A stretch of 64,000 bases of DNA, taken from assembly GCA_903944345.1 (NCBI GenBank), contig CAJARJ010000009.1, forward strand, positions 1,875-65,874, in the 5' to 3' direction. Position 1 is the stretch's first letter. Each line of letters begins with the position of its first letter. Positions 58,039 through 64,000 of the stretch are shown here, piece by piece. A model generated the notes under the pieces. It had not been told where the DNA came from. It searched no databases and worked only from the letters and a program-made list of their open reading frames with translations. Position numbers and translations under genes: made by a program. This stretch comes from Candidatus Omnitrophota bacterium. GTDB taxonomy: Bacteria > Omnitrophota > Gorgyraeia > Zapsychrales > Fredricksoniimonadaceae.

Positions 58039-60050
58039 GAATTGGCTCCCGCTTTGCTGATTAACCGTACCGGACGAAAAGGATATTTACCTTCTTTTTT
58101 ACCAGCATAATATCCATCGTAACCAAACTGAAAATTGACCCCCCAGCCAAAGGTATCCCCATAAGTTGTACTGGACCAATAAAAACCCAGCGGCGCGATC
58201 TTTGTCTCCGGAAAGAAAGCTTGATGAAACCAGCTGCCGTTTTTATAAGAAAGATCGATTAATGAACCAATCTCCCTGATAGACGGCAGATGCCAGTCTG
58301 TATGCCCGGCCAGCTCGAGATCCTGACAATAACGCAAGGCATCTGCCCAGTTCAACTCGGGGCCTTCATCTTTCTTCCACATCAAGCCTGTGTTCAAATC
58401 ACTCACCGTGCCGTCGTTATTATCCAGCAATGAGCAACGCTCTGCATCGGCAGAAATTTTCTTGTACCCGCCTCGTACTGCTCGTACAGGATAATAAAAG
58501 CTTTTCAGATAACAAATCGCACAACCATAAGCAAAATAAATACCCCAGGCAAAAAGCGGCTCCTTGTTATTGGATTCTTTTGACCAATAAAACGCCGGCA
58601 GGCAATCCGCAAAGAACTTCGGATCAGCCGCAGGAATTTGTCCATTATAATCAACCATCATCCGCAACTCTTCCCGGGCAGGCAAGCGCCAATCACGAAA
58701 TCCGCCGTATCCCCGGCGGTTGATCTCACGAATATAATCGTGGGCATCCTCCCAGGTGTACGCTAACCCCTGAAAATTGAAATCATTCGGTGCAGGAGAT
58801 TTGCTCTCCCAGACAAGCCCGGTGTTATTATCCCGAATCATGCGCAATCCCTGTTCCCAGCCGGTGCTATCCTCTGTTTCGCGTCCGCCCTCGGTAAGCT
58901 TGGTAAAAGATAAAGGATTAAAACTGCGGGATCCGTCCTGTCCGTAATAAAGTTCTCCCTTCAGGGGCTTTTGAATAATGCTGCCGCTATCGTCATAACA
59001 AACCTTCTGTCCTGAATCAGGAAACGTCATTCCGGTCGTAACACTAAACTGCGCAGGAACGCTGTTACGTACCGCACGAAAAAGCAGTCTGGCATTCTTG
59101 CTGGCATAATAACCGTCATAACCAAAACAAAAATTGGTCACCCATACATAAATCCCTTCATAGGGTGTCGAAGAAAAATAATGCAACAAGGGCGGCTTGA
59201 GTCCATCAGCCGGAAAAAAATTCTTGAAGTACCACCAGCCGTTATCGTGATCAAGATTCAGAATAGAGTTAAGCTCTTTCAAATTCGGCAAACGCCAGTC
59301 AGAATGCCCGGCCAAACGCATCTCCCGGCAGTTCTTCAGGGCAGAATACCAGTCCATGCGTTCATTTTCGCCTTTCTGCCACATAAGACCTGTGAGCGAA
59401 TCAGTAACCGTACCATCGGCATTATCCTGAAATCTGGTCTGATCCGCCTGACCGAATCTGCGATCATAACCGCCTCTGACCGCGATCACAAAACGCTCGC
59501 TGACCGGGCTATAACAAATTCCACTGCCCAGTCCAAGAAAAATTCCCCAAACGAAGGGTTTCTGCATGTTATACGGCACAGAAGTCCAATAGAAATCACT
59601 CTGACAGCCAGGGAAATAGCGCGGATCCAGTGCCGGCCCTGTTCGGCCATAATCTATGATCGAGCGTAATTCATCCTTATTAGGCAGACGCCAATCAGAA
59701 AAACCGCCATATTTGTTTTTGTTAAGCTTGTCTATATAAGCCGTACCCGCCTGCTCCCAGGTGTAACGATCCGCAGTATAATTAACATCGCCCTTTTGGG
59801 GAGATTTAACTTCCCACACCAAACCGGTATTATTGTCCAGAACAGCACGGTAACCATCTGCCCACGAACAATCATCAGCGATGCTTTTGCCATTCTTGCC
59901 CAGTTTGGCAAATGACATGGGATTAACCTGAAAACAGCCGTTTTGACCCCAAAGCTCATCTTGAGGAGATACACTAGTCTCGCGCCCTTCCCGATCAAAA
60001 CACCTGATCGTGCCGGCATCCGGCAGTCGGAATAACTTTGTCTGTTTCAT
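58035..60050 (-). CDS. Protein with four DUF1566 (Lcl C-terminal, CLec-like) domains
   Basis: Four D..TGL.W...DW.LP...EL/EI...Y(W/F)(S/T)...VR units arranged as a tandem duplication of a two-domain half. Confidence 0.88.
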   Translation of the reverse strand: MKQTKLFRLPDAGTIRCFDREGRETSVSPQDELWGQNGCFQVNPMSFAKLGKNGKSIADDCSWADGYRAVLDNNTGLVWEVKSPQKGDVNYTADRYTWEQAGTAYIDKLNKNKYGGFSDWRLPNKDELRSIIDYGRTGPALDPRYFPGCQSDFYWTSVPYNMQKPFVWGIFLGLGSGICYSPVSERFVIAVRGGYDRRFGQADQTRFQDNADGTVTDSLTGLMWQKGENERMDWYSALKNCREMRLAGHSDWRLPNLKELNSILNLDHDNGWWYFKNFFPADGLKPPLLHYFSSTPYEGIYVWVTNFCFGYDGYYASKNARLLFRAVRNSVPAQFSVTTGMTFPDSGQKVCYDDSGSIIQKPLKGELYYGQDGSRSFNPLSFTKLTEGGRETEDSTGWEQGLRMIRDNNTGLVWESKSPAPNDFNFQGLAYTWEDAHDYIREINRRGYGGFRDWRLPAREELRMMVDYNGQIPAADPKFFADCLPAFYWSKESNNKEPLFAWGIYFAYGCAICYLKSFYYPVRAVRGGYKKISADAERCSLLDNNDGTVSDLNTGLMWKKDEGPELNWADALRYCQDLELAGHTDWHLPSIREIGSLIDLSYKNGSWFHQAFFPETKIAPLGFYWSSTTYGDTFGWGVNFQFGYDGYYAGKKEGKYPFRPVRLISKAGANS

Positions 60051-60445
60051 AATGCCTCCATAATCTCAATCAGGATCCCATCCGGGTCTTTAATAAAAAA
60101 ATAGCGGGCGCCATTGTCAAACGAGCGAAGAGGCGTAGCCATTGCAACGCCGGCTTTAAGAAATTTGCTGTATACAGGGCGAATCCGATCCACTTCGACC
60201 GAGAAATGCTTGACCCCAAGAGTTCGCAAATCCCGATCCAGTTCCCGCCGGTAAGCTGGAAGGGGTTTGTGTTTCCGGAACTCAAAAAGTTCAAGAACCA
60301 GACCCTCTTTACGCATCATCACAATCGAAAAACCACGATCGGGATACGCATAGGTATTCGTCGTTCTAAGACCAAAGAAGCGCCGATAGAACTGAACCGA
60401 CTGCGACAGATCAGAAACACTCAGTGCGATATGACCCAGCCTCAC
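60047..60445 (-). CDS. VOC (glyoxalase/bleomycin-resistance/epimerase) family metalloprotein
   Basis: HIALSVSDL..S..FY, LELFE, HFSVEV and FIKDPDGILIE motifs. Confidence 0.9.
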   Translation of the reverse strand: MRLGHIALSVSDLSQSVQFYRRFFGLRTTNTYAYPDRGFSIVMMRKEGLVLELFEFRKHKPLPAYRRELDRDLRTLGVKHFSVEVDRIRPVYSKFLKAGVAMATPLRSFDNGARYFFIKDPDGILIEIMEAL

Positions 60446-62094
60446 ACCCGCCCCAATCCGAATGGCGGATAGACCTCGGATTCAACCACAACATCGATCA
60501 GAGCAGATTTCCCGCAGGCCAGCGCCTTCTGGAAAGTCGCGTCAAAATCTTCCAGTTTCTCAACCCGGGCACCAAAAGCCTTGCAGGCATCAGCATACTT
60601 GACGAAATCAGGGTTATCAAACTGCATAAAAGCCTGGTCACCAAACATGTTGAGCAAAAACTTTTTGATCACATTAAATTCGCCATTATTGAAAATAACC
60701 CAGACAACCGGAATATTGTACTGAATAGCTGTCATCAGCTCGAATCCGGCCATCTGATAAGCTCCATCCCCGCAGCCACAAACTACCGTTCGCTCCGGAT
60801 GAGCGCACTTGACGCCAATAACACCATTAACATGACTGGCCATAGGCCCGAAACTTCCGGGATTCTGATAAAGCTGATAACGCTCCAGTTTCAGATAACA
60901 GTTCAGCCAGAGCATATGCGAACCGGCATCTCCCATAATGATTGCATTTTCCGGCAGATTGCGCGATATCGCCCGGACCAGATCGGCGGGATGAATCTTC
61001 TTCCCCGGAGACTGCACCGGAAGGTCGTACCATTTTTCTGTCGTCACCTTCTTGGGTTCGATTGTCCCGACCAAAGAAGCGAGCGCGGCATTCAGGGCCA
61101 GAATGGCAGGTTTTGCATCACTCAAAACCGCAAAATCGGGTTTGTAAACCTTTCCGATCTCATGCGGATCAATATTCACATGGATTAAGGTTTTGTCTTT
61201 AAAAAGATCGGCTTTGAAAGCAAAGGTAGCGTTCTGCGCAAACGAATTACCAATGGCCAGAACAATCTTGCTGGTATCAAAATATTTGTTCGCCCCCGGA
61301 TCTCCGGAGGTGCCATAGACTCCAAGACATAGCGGATGATTCTCCGGAATAATCCCCTTGGCATCCATCGTCGCAGTGAAGGGAATCTGGTAACGTTCAA
61401 GAAAGGCCAGGATCTCTTTTTCTCCATGACTTCTGATAATCCCGTAACCCAGAATCGCCATAACCTGATCACGATTGTTGATGCCTGCGGCCAGAGCGGA
61501 AACAGCCGAACGAATCTGGGATTCCTGCGGCTGAACCTGTTTAATATCCAGACGAATCTTCCTGAAATTATTGACCTTGGCAATCGTTATATCTTTGGGA
61601 ACATGAATATGCACCGGTCCGGGGCGACCCTCATAAGCCAGATTAATCGCCTCCTCGAGAATATCGCATACCGTATCGGCATCTTCAATAATAAATGATT
61701 TCTTGGTCGTTGCATTGAACATCTTTGGCGCATCGGGCGTACGGCTCAAACCGGTTGATTCGTTAAGGGCGCCTTTACCCCGATCCCTAGAAGAAGTAAA
61801 GCCGGATATAGCCAAAACCGGCAAAGAATCGGAATATGCAACCGCCAGACCGGAAAGCAGATTAAATTCTCCCGGGCCTCCGGTAGCAAAACAAACTCCC
61901 AGCTTGTCGGAAAACATGGCATATCCACAAGCCATAAAAGAAGCGGCCTGCTCATTACGGATAATCACGGTCTTGATCTGCGTTGACTTCTTGAGGGCCA
62001 GCAGCATCGAGCCATTAACTTGTCCGGATCCGCCAAACACATGATCAACCCCGATTTCTTCCAGTGCCGAAACGATCGCCTCATTGACGTCCAT
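60442..62094 (-). CDS. ThDP-dependent enzyme, acetolactate synthase/carboligase-like
   Basis: RNEQAASFMA, TGGPG, GRPGPVHI and GDGAYQM...FNNG ThDP motif. Confidence 0.9.
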   Translation of the reverse strand: MDVNEAIVSALEEIGVDHVFGGSGQVNGSMLLALKKSTQIKTVIIRNEQAASFMACGYAMFSDKLGVCFATGGPGEFNLLSGLAVAYSDSLPVLAISGFTSSRDRGKGALNESTGLSRTPDAPKMFNATTKKSFIIEDADTVCDILEEAINLAYEGRPGPVHIHVPKDITIAKVNNFRKIRLDIKQVQPQESQIRSAVSALAAGINNRDQVMAILGYGIIRSHGEKEILAFLERYQIPFTATMDAKGIIPENHPLCLGVYGTSGDPGANKYFDTSKIVLAIGNSFAQNATFAFKADLFKDKTLIHVNIDPHEIGKVYKPDFAVLSDAKPAILALNAALASLVGTIEPKKVTTEKWYDLPVQSPGKKIHPADLVRAISRNLPENAIIMGDAGSHMLWLNCYLKLERYQLYQNPGSFGPMASHVNGVIGVKCAHPERTVVCGCGDGAYQMAGFELMTAIQYNIPVVWVIFNNGEFNVIKKFLLNMFGDQAFMQFDNPDFVKYADACKAFGARVEKLEDFDATFQKALACGKSALIDVVVESEVYPPFGLGRV

Positions 62095-62105
62095 TGTTAC
62101 TCCCC

Positions 62106-62327
62106 TTACTTTGTCTGATTGAACTTCCCGACAGCCATCTTGGGCGGACGCTTGGAGAAAAGTACCCCGTCACAAGCCGCATTATCCAAAGTGTGCCCGT
62201 TAAAAAACAGATAAATACGATCCTTGGGAACCTTGGAAACTTCCGAAAAAATTGTTATATATTTATCGGCAAGAATCTCTTTTTGTTCATCGGTCAACTC
62301 TAAAGAATGAATCATGATTGCAGGCAT
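62106..62327 (-). CDS. 4-oxalocrotonate tautomerase-superfamily protein
   Basis: Starts Met-Pro (catalytic Pro1), LTDEQK..L, 73 aa with a beta-alpha-beta pattern. Confidence 0.8.
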   Translation of the reverse strand: MPAIMIHSLELTDEQKEILADKYITIFSEVSKVPKDRIYLFFNGHTLDNAACDGVLFSKRPPKMAVGKFNQTK

Positions 62328-62352
62328 ATGGCAAGCTCCCGGGAGTAAAAGT

Positions 62353-62391
62353 TCTCCCGCCTGCCTCCTGAGAACAGAGACAGACGGGAGA
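62353..62391 (-). promoter_or_regulatory. Intercistronic stem-loop
   Basis: TCTCCCGTCTGTCTC-(9 nt)-GAGGCAGGCGGGAGA, a 15-bp stem with two G-U pairs on the minus strand, followed by ACTTTT. Confidence 0.6.
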
Positions 62392-62406
62392 GCGGTTATG
62401 CTGGAA

Positions 62407-63183
62407 TTACTTCAATGTCGCAAGAACTTCAGCGATTTTCTTGCCATAGGCAATGGAAGACTCAACGGATGTTCCGGTCACAAAAGGCCAGTCAAAAGCC
62501 ACTTCAGGATTGTCGCGGTTAGCCTTGTAATTGGCCACACAAACGCCATTAGGGCCAACAGCATCACGCACCAGGTGCTCCAGCGGCCACAGGAAACCGG
62601 GAGTATGAACGTCAGTCCCCTTGTTATCGGCGGTTGTACCGTAGAGATCATAGGTAAAATCCCATTCCGGGCCATAGAAATCCCAGGAAGCCGGATGAGC
62701 GGCAACGCGCTTGCCGTAAATAACGCTCTTCATATCCTGCTGCGGATCGCGCAAGAAAACCAGAGCAGAAACGGAATAGCACAAAGCGCCTACCAGTTTA
62801 TTAGTGCGGATCGCGTCCAGAATAAGCTTATGCAAACTCCAGTTATTGGCCATGTCGATCATCGCGCCCAACCCGCCGGTCAGAACAATACAATCATAAT
62901 CAGCCATCTTGGCATCCTTGAACTTGATGGATTTGGCCCACTCGTTGCCATCGGTCAATTCCTTGATACGCTTGCAGACATCCGGAGGATTGGTCTTGGC
63001 GTTGATGACCGGATCGGTGAAATCAGGATTCATACTGACTGCCAGTGGCAGGGGTTTTTTACCCTGAGGAGTCGCCAGCGTCAACTCATGGCCGGCGGCT
63101 TTGAGAATATCCCAGGGAGCCTGAAGCTCTTCTCCCCATGTTCCGTAATTTGTCGCACAGATTAAAACTTTCTTCTTACCCAT
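62407..63183 (-). CDS. DJ-1/PfpI/Hsp31-like type-1 glutamine amidotransferase-fold protein
   Basis: GTWGEELQAP, ATPQG, GGLGAMIDM, GALCYS nucleophile elbow and FVTG.S. Confidence 0.85.
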   Translation of the reverse strand: MGKKKVLICATNYGTWGEELQAPWDILKAAGHELTLATPQGKKPLPLAVSMNPDFTDPVINAKTNPPDVCKRIKELTDGNEWAKSIKFKDAKMADYDCIVLTGGLGAMIDMANNWSLHKLILDAIRTNKLVGALCYSVSALVFLRDPQQDMKSVIYGKRVAAHPASWDFYGPEWDFTYDLYGTTADNKGTDVHTPGFLWPLEHLVRDAVGPNGVCVANYKANRDNPEVAFDWPFVTGTSVESSIAYGKKIAEVLATLK

Positions 63184-63221
63184 TCGATCCTCCTTGTATT
63201 AATTTAAACTACCCGCCTGAT

Positions 63222-63602
63222 TCAATACTTCCGAGATGGCTTTTTTGCTGCAGCCTTTTTGCCCGTCTGACTCTTTTCCATCCACGGGAAATCTTTCTTG
63301 ACCGGAGTAAAAAGGTCAATAGCTTCCGTCTGTCCGACCGCAATAAACTCATGCAAAACATTCGCAGGAATAAAATAGGCATCGCCCGCCTTGAGCACGG
63401 CCTTCTCTCCGCCAATATCCATCTTGAAACCACCCTTGATCACGTACCCGAACTGTTCCTGCTTGTGTTTGTGCATCTTGACCACACTCTTGTCAGCCAT
63501 ATCCCAGTGCTGGGCATTAAGCTTTTTGCTTTCCCCCAAATACTGACGGATCACCCCGCCGCCCATATCAAACTTCTCAAGCTTGCTCCTGAACACATAC
63601 AT
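63222..63602 (-). CDS. Cupin-domain protein
   Basis: HKHKQEQFGYVIKG and GDAYFIPANVLH metal-binding motifs, D.FTP; basic C-terminal tail. Confidence 0.9.
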   Translation of the reverse strand: MYVFRSKLEKFDMGGGVIRQYLGESKKLNAQHWDMADKSVVKMHKHKQEQFGYVIKGGFKMDIGGEKAVLKAGDAYFIPANVLHEFIAVGQTEAIDLFTPVKKDFPWMEKSQTGKKAAAKKPSRKY

Positions 63603-63631
63603 TATATTGCCTCTTTCGTTTCAATTTATTT

Positions 63632-64000
63632 TCAGGCCGAAATCAAATCAATAATCTTTCGGGCAAATAAATTGCAATGCCCCCCGCTGCGGGCAGTCAC
63701 CAGATCTCCATCCACTACAACATCCTGATCACAATAAACTGCCCCCATATTTCTGGCATCACCCACAAGATTATTGTGCACAACCAGCTTTCGTCCTCTG
63801 ACCAGTTCCGGAGCAGAGGCTGCCAGCCACAAACCATGACAAATGATCCCTTTGATAATAGTCTTTTCAGCGAAAACTCTCTTGAGAAACTCCACCGCCG
63901 GAGGAAGAACATTGACATCCTGGGTATAACGCAAACGATCCGCAACCATTCCAGCCGGGACAATGATGGCCGAGTAACTTTTTAATTCCTCAGCCGACAT
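63632..64000 (-). CDS. DJ-1/PfpI family protein, 5' end probably outside the window
   Basis: YSAIIVPAG, GIICHGLW and VVVDGDLVTAR motifs. Confidence 0.85.
   Translation of the reverse strand: MSAEELKSYSAIIVPAGMVADRLRYTQDVNVLPPAVEFLKRVFAEKTIIKGIICHGLWLAASAPELVRGRKLVVHNNLVGDARNMGAVYCDQDVVVDGDLVTARSGGHCNLFARKIIDLISA

Noticed and set aside
53223-60050. Diversity-generating retroelement targeting the FGE/DUF1566 genes
   Set aside because: No reverse transcriptase, Avd or adenine-variant template repeat is visible in the window; a remote DGR cannot be excluded.
60442-62094. Assigning ilvB/ilvI
   Set aside because: Diagnostic AHAS motifs are altered and no regulatory subunit or ilvC is adjacent.
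63998-64000. ATG at the window edge as the start of the last DJ-1 gene
   Set aside because: The N-terminal strand and conserved Glu of DJ-1/PfpI are missing, so this is probably an internal Met of a gene truncated by the window.

Overview
A 64-kb, gene-dense bacterial chromosome segment, coded almost entirely on the minus strand. The organism is Gram-negative and most likely in the PVC group, probably Candidatus Omnitrophota. This is inferred from lpxB, a Minf_1886/Plancto_Ver-type protein and a lineage-typical modular secreted protein. Housekeeping blocks are ptsI-ptsH-yvcK-PTS IIA, four tRNAs, rpsB-tsf-pyrH-frr, lpxB, pabB, glgE, prfC, a complete MoxR/Bat operon, and recG-rsmD-coaD-yceD-rpmF-plsX-fabH-fabD followed by a FadL-type porin. 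Several two-component and cyclic-nucleotide signalling genes are also present. Five regions stand out. (1) A tRNA-Lys(CUU)-linked 169-bp repeat that duplicates the tRNA 3' end plus its terminator. (2) A 799-aa secreted protein with a conserved-looking scaffold around an AT-richer cargo carrying an AvrB/Fido-like motif. (3) A leaderless 32-codon uORF ending Pro-Pro-stop directly upstream of prfC. (4) A TpsB + FecR + outer-membrane barrel + CHASE2 adenylate cyclase trans-envelope module. (5) An uncharacterised 11-gene operon of at least 11.6 kb running off the right edge: three divergent DJ-1/PfpI proteins, a cupin, a tautomerase, a ThDP enzyme, a VOC protein, a 4x DUF1566 protein, an MFS transporter, two exported FGE-fold proteins and a repeat protein. 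No CRISPR array, rRNA, integrase, transposase or reverse transcriptase was seen. All family calls come from motif recognition by eye; no database search was run.
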